The position numbers and the translations under genes were made by a program. The notes beneath the pieces were generated by a model. That model was given only the letters and a program-made list of their open reading frames with translations. It made no database searches and was not told the DNA's origin. A DNA stretch of 64,000 nt from Eledone cirrhosa (taxonomy: Eukaryota), in NCBI GenBank assembly GCA_964016885.1, contig OZ024763.1:5456001-5520000 (forward strand), in the 5' to 3' direction. This document shows, one piece after another, positions 24,468 to 37,421 of the stretch; within the stretch, counting starts at the first letter, position 1, and every line of letters starts with the position of its first letter.

Positions 24468-27400
24468 AAATTACTAAAATTTCCCACAAAACTGACTAAA
24501 ATTTCCCACAAAACTGACTAAAATTTCCCACAAAACTAAATTTTTCTACAAAACTGGCTAAATTTTCCCACAAAACTAAAATTTCCCACAAAACTGACTA
24601 AAATTTCCCACAAAACTGACTAAAATTTCCCACAAAACTAAATTTTTCTACAAAACTGGCTAAATTTTCCCACAAAACTGACTAAAATTTCCCACAAAAC
24701 TGACTAAAATTTCCCACAAAACTGACTAAAATTTCCCACAAAACTAAATTTTTCTACAAAACTGGCTAAATTTTCCAACAAAACTAAAATTTCCCACAAA
24801 ACTGACTAAAATTTCCCACAAAACTAACTAAAATTTCCCACAAAACTAAATTTTTCTACAAAACTGGCTAAATTTTCCCACAAAACTAAAATTTCCCACA
24901 AAACTGACTAAAATTTCCCACAAAACTGACTAAAATTTCCCACAAAACTAAATTTTTCTACAAAACTGGCTAAATTTTCCCACAAAACTAAAATTTCCCA
25001 CAAAACTGACTAAAATTTCCCACAAAACTAAATTTTTCTACAAAACTGGCTAAATTTTCCCACAAAACTAAAATTTCCCACAAAACTGACTAAAATTTCC
25101 CACAAAACTAAATTTTTCTACAAAACTGGCTAAATTTTCCCACAAAACTAAAATTTCCCACAAAACTGACTAAAATTTCCCACAAAACTGACTAAAATTT
25201 CCCACAAAACTAAATTTTTCTACAAAACTGGCTAAATTTTCCCACAAAACTAAAATTTCCCACAAAACTGACTAAAATTTCCCACAAAACTGACTAAAAT
25301 TTCCCACAAAACTAAATTTTTCTACAAAACTGGCTAAATTTTCCCACAAAACTAAAATTTCCCACAAAACTGACTAAAATTTCCCACAAAACTGACTAAA
25401 ATTTCCCACAAAACTAAATTTTTCTACAAAACTGGCTAAATTTTCCCACAAAACTGACTAAAATTTCCCACAAAACTGACTAAAATTTCCCACAAAACTG
25501 ACTAAAATTTCCCACAAAACGAAATTTTTCTACAAAACTGGCTAAATTTTCCCACAAAACTAAAATTTCCCACAAAACTGACTAAAATTTCCCACAAAAC
25601 TGACTAAAATTTCCCACAAAACTAAATTTTTCTACAAAACTGGCTAAATTTTCCCACAAAACTAAAATTTCCCACAAAACTGACTAAAATTTCCCACAAA
25701 ACTGACTAAAATTTCCCACAAAACTAAATTTTTCTACAAAACTGGCTAAATTTTCCCACAAAACTAAAATTTCCCACAAAACTGACTAAAATTTCCCACA
25801 AAACTAAATTTTTCTACAAAACTGGCTAAATTTTCCCACAAAACTAAAATTTCCCACAAAACTGACTAAAATTTCCCACAAAACTAAATTTTTCTACAAA
25901 ACTGGCTAAATTTTCCCACAAAACTAAAATTTCCCACAAAACTGACTAAAATTTCCCACAAAACTGACTAAAATTTCCCACAAAACTAAATTTTTCTACA
26001 AAACTGGCTAAATTTTCCCACAAAACTAAAATTTCCCACAAAACTGACTAAAATTTCCCACAAAACTAAATTTTTCTACAAAACTGGCTAAATTTTCCCA
26101 CAAAACTGACTAAAATTTCCCACAAAACTGACTAAAATTTCCCACAAAACTGACTAAAATTTCCCACAAAACTAAATTTTTCTACAAAACTGGCTAAATT
26201 TTCCCACAAAACTAAAATTTCCCACAAAACTGACTAAAATTTCCCACAAAACTGACTAAAATTTCCCACAAAACTAAATTTTTCTACAAAACTGGCTAAA
26301 TTTTCCCACAAAACTAAAATTTCCCACAAAACTGACTAAAATTTCCCACAAAACTGACTAAAATTTCCCACAAAACTAAATTTTTCTACAAAACTGGCTA
26401 AATTTTCCCACAAAACTAAAATTTCCCACAAAACTGACTAAAATTTCCCACAAAACTAAATTTTTCTACAAAACTGGCTAAATTTTCCCACAAAACTAAA
26501 ATTTCCCACAAAACTGACTAAAATTTCCCACAAAACTAAATTTTTCTACAAAACTGGCTAAATTTTCCCACAAAACTAAAATTTCCCACAAAACTGACTA
26601 AAATTTCCCACAAAACTGACTAAAATTTCCCACAAAACTAAATTTTTCTACAAAACTGGCTAAATTTTCCCACAAAACTAAAATTTCCCACAAAACTGAC
26701 TAAAATTTCCCACAAAACTGACTAAAATTTCCCACAAAACTAAATTTTTCTACAAAACTGGCTAAATTTTCCCACAAAACTAAAATTTCCCACAAAACTG
26801 ACTAAAATTTCCCACAAAACTGACTAAAATTTCCCACAAAACTAAATTTTTCTACAAAACTGGCTAAATTTTCCCACAAAACTGACTAAAATTTCCCACA
26901 AAACTGACTAAAATTTCCCACAAAACTGACTAAAATTTCCCACAAAACTAAATTTTTCTACAAAACTGGCTAAATTTTCCCACAAAACTAAAATTTCCCA
27001 CAAAACTGACTAAAATTTCCCACAAAACTGACTAAAATTTCCCACAAAACTAAATTTTTCTACAAAACTGGCTAAATTTTCCCACAAAACTAAAATTTCC
27101 CACAAAACTGACTAAAATTTCCCACAAAACTAAATTTTTCTACAAAACTGGCTAAATTTTCCCACAAAACTAAAATTTCCCACAAAACTGACTAAAATTT
27201 CCCACAAAACTAAATTTTTCTACAAAACTGGCTAAATTTTCCCACAAAACTAAAATTTCCCACAAAACTGACTAAAATTTCCCACAAAACTGACTAAAAT
27301 TTCCCACAAAACTAAATTTTTCTACAAAACTGGCTAAATTTTCCCACAAAACTAAAATTTCCCACAAAACTGACTAAAATTTCCCACAAAACTGACTAAA

Positions 27401-27636
27401 ATTTCCCACAAAACTAAATTTTTCTACAAAACTGGCTAAATTTTCCCACAAAACTAAAATTTCCCACAAAACTGACTAAAATTTCCCACAAAACTGACTA
27501 AAATTTCCCACAAAACTAAATTTTTCTACAAAACTGGCTAAATTTTCCCACAAAACTAAAATTTCCCACAAAACTGACTAAAATTTCCCACAAAACTGAC
27601 TAAAATTTCCCACAAAACTAAATTTTCCCACAAAAA
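24468..27636. repeat. Satellite of 18/22-bp subunits with 80-106-bp higher-order units, in Ly6 intron 2
   Basis: cccacaaaactgactaaaattt / cccacaaaactaaatttt / tctacaaaactggctaaatttt / cccacaaaactaaaattt. Confidence 0.97.
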
Positions 27637-28023
27637 TGATTAATTTTTGTTTCCCCTATTTGGTGTGTGAGTATATGTGTGTGTGTGTGTTAAGAACAAC
27701 CACTACTATTTATCAATGTGTGAAAGTGTATGTGTATATATGTGTGTATGTATGTATGTGTGAGTGCATGCGTGTATGTTAAGGCCAACTGCTACTGTTT
27801 AATAGTGTGTATGTGTGTGTGTATATGTGTATGTTAAAACCAACTGCTATTATTTAAGTGTGTGTGTATGTACATATGTGTGTGTGTGGGGGGGGGTGCA
27901 TGTGTGTATGTACATATGTGTATATATGTGTGAGTGTATATGTGTATGTTAAGACCAACTGCTATTATTTAAGTGTGTGTGTATGTACATGTGTGTGCAT
28001 GTGTGTATGTACATATGTGTATA

Positions 28024-28080
<57 letters not shown>

Positions 28081-28106
28081 CAAGACAAACTGCTATTATT
28101 TAATTC

Positions 28107-28502
28107 AGGACGGTGGATTGGCAGAGAGGGTCTGACGCCATACTTTGATGCATAGAGTTACTGCCCTTGTCATTCTGAGTTCAAATCCTGCCGAGGTTAA
28201 CTTTGCCTTTCATCCTTACGGGGTCAATAAAATAAAGTAGCAGTAATGTACTGGGGTAATTGCTGGCCTTGTGCCAAAAGTAGAAACAATTATTTAATAC
28301 AGTCATGATGGTGGATTGGCAGTATCAGGAAAGAGTCCGACACCCTGCTTCATGGCAGAGAGTTATGGCCCTTTACGGCCTGCATTCAAATCCTACCGGG
28401 ATTACAAGGTTGATCAAATAAAATACCAGTAATGCACTGGTTCGATTTAATAGACTTGCCCTTCCCCTTCAAATTGCTGGCCTTGTGCTTATATCAGAAA
28501 TC
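28107..28502 (+). mobile_element. Two adjacent tRNA-derived SINEs
   Basis: ggtggattggcag heads, ttcaaatcc B boxes, gctggccttgtgc tails. Confidence 0.8.
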
Positions 28503-28566
28503 ATAGTTTATTGCAGTCACATACACACTTTACAAAATGTCTTTTTTTTTCTTCTGTTCTTCCCAG

Positions 28567-28820
28567 GTAATGTGGTAAAATTAGTCAGATCCTGCACTAA
28601 TGGAGAAACGACAATGTCTACCAGCAAGAAAATGAAACATCTCAATGGCAAAACAAACATTAGTGTGTATGCAATCGCAAATGACTATTGTGAATTTGAA
28701 TCATCTCTCTGTAACCAAGATTATTGCAATGGATTCAGCAGCTCAGCTCAATATTTACCACTTCTCGCGCCAGTCTTCTTTCTCTCTCTCTCTTTCTCGT
28801 CAATTTTATTCTTCAACTAG
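28567..28820 (+). CDS. Ly6/three-finger gene, exon 3 (CN motif and GPI signal)
   Basis: cccAG acceptor; GNVVKLVRSC...YCEFESSLCNQDYCNGFSSSAQYLPLLAPVFFLSLSFSSILFFN*; spliced product 146 aa with 10 Cys. Confidence 0.85.
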
Positions 28821-28884
28821 TTTTTTAATGTTTGAAATATTCATATTATATTTAACCCTTTAAAATTTATATTACTCTATATTA

Positions 28885-29448
28885 CTCTTCCGACGCCTCC
28901 AGTCCGACCCCTCCACCTCCCACATCTTCCCAACCCCACCACTCCCCTCCTTCAAACGCGCACGCAATCTCCGCACCCTCCTCGTCCACAGCTCCCTACC
29001 CCCCAACCCACGCTCTGTTCCCCCCCCCCTCGGTTCCTTCCCCTGTTCTAGGCCCCGCTGCAACACCTGTCCCCACATCACCAACACCACCACCTTCCAG
29101 GGTCCCAACGGCCACCCTCTCTCGGTCCGGCATGCCTTCCGCTGCACCTCCTCCAACCTAGTCTACGGACTTCGCTGCACGGAGTGCAGCGCGACTTATG
29201 TCGGACAGACGGGACGTCGCCTGGCGGACCGAGTCACGGAGCACCTCCGGGATATTCGTCTTGGGGGCAGTTCCCCCATCGCCCGCCACTTTGGTGGCCC
29301 TGGACACTCCGCATGGCATCTCACAGTCTGTGGCCTACTCCAGTGCCACGGAACACCCGCCCATCGCCTTAAGGTCGAACAACGAACTATCTTCATCTTA
29401 CAGACCCACACTCCCCCCGGCCTGAACTCCCCACCCTTATTCCTTTAG
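28885..29448 (+). mobile_element. Penelope-like (Neptune-type) retroelement GIY-YIG endonuclease fragment, open frame without start codon
   Basis: SFKRARNLRTLLVHS...CSRPRCNTC...FRCTSSNLVYGLRCTECSATYVGQTGRRLADRVTEH...IARHF...EQRTIFILQTHTPPGLN; 187 codons then TAG. Confidence 0.9.
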
Positions 29449-29737
29449 CGTTCGACCGCCCCCCTCCCCCCACACTTATCCCCCACTAACACCACTAACA
29501 CACCCCTCCTTTTCACCGCCCACCCCACAACTAACAATACTAACACCTCCACTCCACCCCTCATCTGACCACCCTTCCCCAACTAACATACTAACATCCC
29601 TTCCCTCCCCTCTTCTCCTCCTCCCCCCTCCTTATCACACGCACACACCCACCGGCACATATACACACGCGCTCACACTAAACACACACCCTACTACCAC
29701 CACTAACCCTCACCCCCACACCTCCATTCCACCACCC

Positions 29738-30012
29738 CGCAACTAACCTCACTAACACCCCCCAACCCCAAGCACACGAACACACGCACCCACTTACACC
29801 ACCCACCCCACACGCAACTAACATCACTAACACCCCCCAACCCCAAGCACACGAACACACGCACCCACTTACACCACCCACCCCACACGCAACTAACATC
29901 ACTAACACCCCCCAACCCCAAGCACACGAACACACGCACCCACTTACACCACCCACCCCACACGCAACTAACATCACTAACACCCCCCAACCCCACGCAC
30001 ACGTACCCACAC
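29738..30012. repeat. 75-bp C-rich tandem repeat (~3.6 copies) in the Penelope-like 3' region
   Basis: cgcaactaacatcactaacaccccccaacccc... recurs at 29738, 29813, 29888, 29963. Confidence 0.9.
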
Positions 30013-30167
30013 ACCCTCGTACACCACCACCCCTACACACCCCACACCCTTCCACCACCTGTTTACCCCCCTTTTAATTTCAGTTTATTTTGATCATGCC
30101 TTTATTTTTAAATTAATAAACATTCGTTGTACTGCCTCTCTGTTTTGTCCCTGTTCAAATTTTTCCA

Positions 30168-30477
30168 TTATATATATATATGTATATATATATGTGTATA
30201 TATATGTATAGATATATATATAGATATATAGATATATGTATAGATATATATATATATGTATAGATATATATATAGATATATAGATATATGTATAGATATA
30301 TATATATATGTATAGATATATATATAGATATATAGATATATGTATAGATATATAGATATATATATAGATATATAGATAGATGTATAGATATATGTATAGA
30401 TATATGTATAGATATATATATATATGTATAGATATATAGATATATAGATATATGTATAGATATATAGATATATGTAT

Positions 30478-30512
<35 letters not shown>

Positions 30513-30550
30513 TGTATATATAGATATATAGATATATGTATAGATATATA
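30168..30550. repeat. (TA)n/(TAGA) compound microsatellite
   Basis: Direct reading; abuts the CR1 3' end. Confidence 0.9.
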
Positions 30551-30554
30551 AATG

Positions 30555-31826
30555 TTGAAATGTTGAAATGTTTTGGCCAGTATTGGCCCAGGCCATGTCT
30601 AACTTAATAGCACCACCTGGCGAAGTCTTTCAATTCAGGATTTGGGCACCATGGCCCATTCGAGAAGGGAATTAGTTTGCGGAGACATATCCAGGTGTGG
30701 GTGGTTTGTCCGGGATTACTTGGAGGAATTTGTCCAAAGACTTCTTGAATTTTGTGTGGTCAGTTTCTGTTTTGACGTGTCCTGGTGTGATGTTGAAGAG
30801 AGCAGGGCCAATTGAGGTGAAATAATTGTGCCGTATTGTTGTTATGAGTTGCGATTTAGATTTTTGTATGGGACGGATAGCACGGGGCCCAAGCCTTGGG
30901 TGTATTTTGAAGGTGATGTCAACATCATTTGGGCAGTGATGATGAAACATTTTCCACATCATGCAGATAATATAACGCTCACGGCGACGTTGGAGTGAGT
31001 AAAGTTTCAGCTTTTCTAGTCGACCCCAGTAGTCAAGGTCTGACATGTCATCTATCTTTTTCGTGATTGCCCTTTGGGGAGCTTCAAGTTTCATGATACT
31101 TTGTTTCGTGTGGGGAGACCACAGTGGACAACAGTATTCAAGATGTGGTCGGGCAAAAGTGGAGAAGAGAAGGATAATGGTGTGGGAATCTCTCGACTGG
31201 AAGGTTCTGAGGATCCAGGAACACATTCTGCGGGCCATGTCAACTTTGCTGCTTATATGCGTGGCCCAGCTTATGTTGCTGTCCACGGTAACTCCCAAGT
31301 CTCTGGTGTTGTTAGATGCCACGAGAGTTTCACCGGAGGGAAGGGAGTACGGGAGTTTCAGAGCATCCTCTTTTCCAAAGTGGATCAGTTCGAATTTGTC
31401 TTCGTTCAGTAACATGTTGTTCTTTTCCGCCCATTGGGTAACAGCCAGTAGGTCTGACTGAAGGCTTATCTGGTCATCTACGCCATTGATGACCTTTTGG
31501 AGCTTGGAATCATCAGCGAAAATTCTAATGTTGCTGTGTTTGATGATGTCAGTGATGTCATTAATATAGATGATGAAGAGAAGTGGGCCCAACACAGTGC
31601 CTTGTGGGACCCCACTACTGACTTTGGCTGGGCTTGATTTGACTCCTTCGACTACAACATGTTGGGTTCTGTTTGACAGGAAGCTCTTGATCCACTGCAG
31701 CAGCTTTCCAGTGACACCAATATTGGACAGCTTTCTCAGTAGAATGTTGTGGTCCACCCTGTCAAAGGCCTTGCTGAAATCAAGGTAGATAACATCAGTG
31801 TTGGAACCCTCTCCCAAGGCTCTCAA
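30555..31826 (-). mobile_element. 5'-truncated CR1-group LINE, intact RT C-terminal frame (384 aa)
   Basis: YLDFSKAFDRVDH, SGVPQGTVLGPLLF, FADD, RDLGV, RPHLEYC, LYSLQRRRERY; flanked by TA-rich microsatellites. Confidence 0.92.
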
Positions 31827-32038
31827 AATGTATATATGTATATATATATGTATGTATATGTATATATATATGTATATATATATTCACTCTTTTACCTGTT
31901 TCAGCCATCCGGCTGAGGCCATGCTGGGGCACCGCTATATGTATATATATGTGTATGTATATGTATATATATGTATATATATGTATATGTATATATATGT
32001 ATATGTGTATATATGTAAATGTATATGTATGTATATGT

Positions 32039-32098
<60 letters not shown>

Positions 32099-32195
32099 AA
32101 CAGTATTATGATAGCATGACATTAAATATTAAAGTCTTTATTCTATCACTGCAAATATTCACAATGATCTATCCACTAGTAAAGATAGTGTAAAC

Positions 32196-32532
32196 CAGAG
32201 GTTGTCAAACTGTTTGGGCCACTACCCCGCCCCCTCATGGTCATGTAATACACTCAGCACGTCCCCAACCATATTTACAGAGAGACTTACCTACACACAA
32301 ATTGTAAATAATATATAATAAATGAAATCGTTAATTTATATATAATAATATAATATAATATATACTATGTATAAATAGATATTATATATTTTATATTTTA
32401 CTATATTTATATATAATATGTATCATTTGATATTTAATATACTATTATATCATATCTACCGCCACTGTAGGCCCCAGCGTCCACTCAGACCTTCTCAATG
32501 TCCCCACTTAGTGCCCATTTTGAGAACCTCTG
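32196..32532. mobile_element. hAT-type MITE (copies at 44952-45289 and 57707-58044)
   Basis: TIRs CAGAGGTTGTCAAA / TTTGAGAACCTCTG; 8-bp TSD gtgtaaac / ctgtaaac. Confidence 0.85.
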
Positions 32533-33909
32533 CTGTAAACATTCGAATTAACAAACCTCTTTATAGATATTTTCTGACTAAATCATTAGAGGAGGTGAAG
32601 ATCTTGTTCTCTCTTGTTCATTATATTTTCTTGTTTCTTTGTGTCTCTTGTTTTGTTTTCTGGAGTTTTAGATATAAAGTCAAGGCTTTCAAAGGTGAGG
32701 AAACTGAGATAAAACCAGAAGGTGATAATGGGGATTTCAAGTAAGTTGACAGATTTCTCAGATTTGTGGAATTGTTGTGGGATTTGGCAAGGTTTTTGTA
32801 GGATTTTTGTGGAATTTTTGTGGGATTTTTGTAAATCTTTCTGGATCTGCCTTGATTTTGTAGATTTTGTGGATCACAAAAATATTGTATAACTGTATAA
32901 TAACAATGGACATACACATATTCTAATAAATGCAATACTTGTACTTAATTCAGTCTCCTTGGTTCCATCACTCATGAACACAGCCCCGAGGTACTTGAAC
33001 TTCTCTTTCTGCTCCAGTGAAACTCCATTCACATGTAGAACATTATGATTTTTTTTTTTTTTTGGTGGGGGGAGAATGATTGAAATGCCAGACGGGTCCT
33101 AAAATATATAAAAGCCTTGGTGACCCCAGTATGGGTTAGTATGCCCTTCACTACTCTAATGTCCATGAGGGTCTGATAGGGAAGGAGTAAATGCTATATA
33201 CCCCAGCCTCATTCCCATGAAAAGCTGATTAAGGAAGCACCATTCCTCTCTGCCCCCCCCCCCCCCCCCCCACACACACACTTTTTCCTTGACAGCTGAT
33301 GAGTCTTTAATAAAAATTGAAACTAATCAGATTGATCTTTTATTATTATTATTATCCAGAGCCATAATAAATCAAATGAAAAATATATATGTATATATAG
33401 AGAGAAAGAGCCATATACCTTAGAGGAAACATAGTATATTGTATATGTACAAAATATATATTTCAGATAGGAATATGTACTTACAGTGGAGTCATTAGAG
33501 AGACCTTATAGTACTATTTCATATTCTGTAGAGTGTGGTTGAAAATCAATCTATGTAATCGATCATCGAAGACAAACTATCAATTATAATTAAACCACAG
33601 GAGACTCAGAATTATCATCAGAGGTTATAGTCTCAGAATTCTAAGAGAAATATAGAATCAAAATACAATATACTTGCCAATATCCATAGAGACTGCTAAC
33701 GTAACCACCATGTTGAAGACCACATGGTGTCATCATCATCATTTTACGTCTGCTTTTCCCTGCATTCTTTCCACTAGAGATAGGTGTGGAAATTATAGTC
33801 ACCCCATCCCAACAAGAGATTTGGAGCTGTTATATACAAATGTAATGATTCAAAACATCAAATATGTTAGAATTTTGTGTTTCTTGATAAACAAGCTCAA
33901 TATATATAA

Positions 33910-34110
33910 ATCATCATCATCATCACCATTTTACGTCCATTCTTCCACGCTAGCATGGGATAGATGGGTTGTCCTGTTGTGAGCAGTGTCCGGTCGGCTG
34001 ACCATGCCTTGCTCATACGGGAACTGATTCTGGCTTGATTTCTACAGCTGGATGCCCTTCAAACACCAACCTCATTTACAGTGAGTGTTGGTTGCTTTTT
34101 TTCCGTGGTG
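33910..34110 (-). mobile_element. RTE-type 3' tail element (also ~46675-46880 and ~59422-59630)
   Basis: Reverse complement of the 3555-3792 family. Confidence 0.75.
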
Positions 34111-34344
34111 CCTATACGTCATATATATATATATAGTGGCAGACTGGGTCTAAAAATATTGGTTGCCAGGAGATAAATGGGACCCACCCACATATAGAAT
34201 GCTATCATTTAATTTTAATAATGAATAAATAACATTTTCAAAAAATACATCAGTGAAAACAAAACATTGCAATCAAATTTTTGCAGGAAAAAAATGTGTA
34301 TTTTTTACTAATTATAGTGTATATATACTGTACATATTACTGGT

Positions 34345-34650
34345 AGTATACAGCAAACCCCTCGTGTTGGATGCCACTTGCACCGACACCTTCTGCAGCT
34401 GCAACCTGGTGCAGTCTGCGACTGACCCAGGTTCTGCTGCACGTTGGGAAGAAACGTAAAAGCGTTACCTCAGAGCAAGGCCAGAGACACCTGCTACAAT
34501 AGTCGCCCCTCCTCACGAGTCTCCTGCCGTCTTTCCTCCCGACTTTATGGAGGAAATCAGCAGTACGGGGACCAAGTATGGCAGAGGTCTCAATGGAGTG
34601 GAAGAGGTGAGTCAGGCCTCGGTACTATCTTACTCTCCTCTGCATTGCGG
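34345..34650. mobile_element. CRE-like (RLE) retrotransposon C-terminal fragments in opposite orientations
   Basis: Plus: SKPLVLDATCTDTF...PGSAA; minus: RNAEESK...IETSAILG..., with a degenerate SLAL/RGNA-type ending. Confidence 0.6.
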
Positions 34651-36164
34651 GGTGTGGAGCCTAGGTTTGTGGCTGTAGCGATATTTGAACTTTTATATGA
34701 AATTTCAGTTTTATATTTTTCACATCTTAAAACTTAATCTTAGTCTTTTGCAGCTCATCTTGTTTCATCTCGCAGCACACGATGTGGGAACCAAGACATA
34801 AAAACTATTTCAAGGGATCGACATCTGTAAAAAGGTTGAAAAACGCTGCTCAATGTTCTTTGGTTTTTGTTCACCTTTAAATAATCATGTATAAACTATC
34901 GGGTGTTATCTTGCAGGGACTAGCTCCAATTGAGAGTTGTACCAATTCCCACTAAACTCCTGGACAATATATATATATCTTTATAAGTTCCTGTGTATTG
35001 CGTCGCTGTATAATGAAAGATAAACATATACCATGCATATCAGTCAGGTTTGAACTCACTATATTTGGTGTTTTATAGATATAATTTGTTTGTTAAAATA
35101 ATTGATTAAATAATAACTAAATAAAATTAATTCTACAATCCTGGGTAGGGAATGAACTTATAACTTCATAATAGAAGCCACATATTTAAGCAGTCTTGCC
35201 AACTAAGCCACCAGGTTACTTACAGAACTTCATTCAAATATAAAGTATTTAAATTTAAATAAATAGATACTTATTTATATGATTGTAAATATAAATGCCA
35301 CTGAACATACATGCACACATATATGAAAGCAAGCTTGTTTTGAAACCGCGATCGAAGTTTGAAACAGATTATGATTATATATCGCCAGACATAGTGAGTT
35401 CGAATCTTACTGACTAGTTGGTCATTGTCCCAGGCAACAGTTTAAATCGCCAACCGGTAGGTGATATCGACAAGGTTGGGAAAACTTGGTTAAGTAGCTC
35501 CAGCTATTGCTACGTTAGACATATTCAAGACTTATCGACCCCGAATGGTAGAAAGGTAAAGAACTGGAAAAAATACTGCAAAGAATTCTATCTGATGTTC
35601 TAACAATTCTACCAAATTACCTTATATATATATATTTATATCTAGAGATAAGAAAAAAACTGGGGGAAAAAAAAAAAAAAGCATGAAACCCTATATGTAA
35701 CCCATGACCAGGATTGAACCCCAAACAAGGACCTCCACCATCTCTGGTATCTCACACCAGACCATCATGAAGACTACAAAAATCTGCTGAATTTAATATT
35801 TATAAGCCTACTTTCAATATTAAAGTAATTAGCATGTGGTGTTGTTCATGCCTTTCTTAATTTAATTGGTAAAAAATAAAGTATTTAAACCTCAAATTTT
35901 GTTATTCAAATATGTTTACTTATGTAATTATAAATGTCACAGATTACACACACATATATATATGTGAAAATATTCAGGACCCCAACGGCTGTGCTAGTGC
36001 CGTTTCGACATCTATATATATATCTTTTAGTCGTAGGCTCTTTCAGAATTCTCTAATGATCACAACCAGCTAATGGTGCCCAGTGGAAGCACTTTAGTCT
36101 AATTATAACCCCAACGATTACGATTAGCGGCGGCTTTTTCGAGTCTGTGCCAAGTGAGGTAAAC

Positions 36165-36202
<38 letters not shown>

Positions 36203-36292
36203 CATAACTGCTAGAATCCCGGAGAACAATAGAAAAATGCTGAGTTCAGAGTTTAAAAAACAACAGAAAGAAGGGCATAAATAAATATATAT

Positions 36293-36626
36293 CAGTGGTT
36301 TAAAACCTTCTCTGCACCATGCCCCACCTCAACATTTAAAATATGTTTATGTTCCCCTTTAATATAAAAACAATCCGAGTCTTGTGAAAGTGTTATTACT
36401 GCAATATAAAGTAGAAACCCTTTATTTAAACAAAGCTGCGATGCAGCGATGATCAAAGCAAACCCCAAAATGTAAACAAACTTCTCGTAGATGCTGCCAG
36501 ATACACGATAGCATGTGTAAACGAAGTGTAACAGGTGGTTGGGTCGTATTATATCACTTTCAAATTGACCCCTATTATATTCAAATTGTTCCCCGTGGGG
36601 TGTGCACCCCACGTTGAGAATCCCTC
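36293..36626. mobile_element. Degenerate hAT-type MITE (copy at ~49070-49403)
   Basis: cagtggtttaaaacctt ... gttgagaatccctc imperfect TIRs. Confidence 0.5.
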
Positions 36627-36853
36627 ATAAATAAATATGTGAGTGAGTTGCTATGACTGCTATTTCTAGCAGGTTTACTGCTGTCCTGTAGACGCACAAG
36701 AAAAACCGGAAGAGGCAGCCATTAAAAAACTTTGGCTTAAAATCAGGCAAAAGTTTTTAAACAATAGAAAATTTAATGTAAACAAACCAGGGTGTTTTTG
36801 CCAAGAAATATAACTCTTGTCTTACTTAATGGCAAAAATCGAGACAAAAATTT

Positions 36854-37421
36854 TGTGTGTGTGTCTGTGTGTTATGTATACAAGATATAGACGCCATTTT
36901 GAAGCCCGTACGTGGTCGGTCGACTTACTCGAAATAGTAGTCAAAGAGAGGAGATTTTTTTTCACCCGATACAAAAAGTAGGTTTATAAATATTAATTTT
37001 CACTATATTTTTAAGGCGGTCTCGTTGGCCGAGTGGTACGGTGCGTTGAGTCTGCTGAGATACTGGTCGGGGGTTCGATTCCGGCCAACGTCTACACATA
37101 GGGGGTCTTATTAAACTTTTTCAGTTTTTATACTAAGAGATAAAATAAAAACTGAAAAAGTTTAATAAGACCCCCTATGTGTAGACGTTGGCCGGAATCG
37201 AACCCCCGACCAGTATCTCAGCAGACTCAACGCACCGTACCACTCGGCCAACGAGACAGCCTTAAAAATAAAGTGAAAATTAATATTTATAAACCTACTT
37301 TTTGTATCTGGTGAAAAAAATCTTTTCTTTTTGACTACTATTTCGAGTAAGTCGACCTTCCACGTACGGGCTTCAAAATGGCGTCTATATCTTGTATACA
37401 TAACACACAGACACACACACA
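36854..37421. repeat. Long palindrome (278-bp arms, 13-nt loop); copy at 49631-50200
   Basis: 36854-37131 is reverse complementary to 37145-37421 with a few mismatches. Confidence 0.95.
37015..37121 (+). ncRNA. tRNA-like Pol III unit (mirror copy on minus at ~37155-37262)
   Basis: TATAAA 36985-36990, A box TGGCCGAGTGG 37026-37036, B box GGTTCGATTCC 37072-37082, T5 at 37117-37121; no valid cloverleaf. Confidence 0.45.

Noticed and set aside
31045-31788. Plus-strand ORFs overlapping the CR1 RT
   Set aside because: Antisense shadows of the RT frame
37019-37092. Bona fide tRNA gene
   Set aside because: A and B boxes present but acceptor, anticodon and T stems do not pair as a cloverleaf
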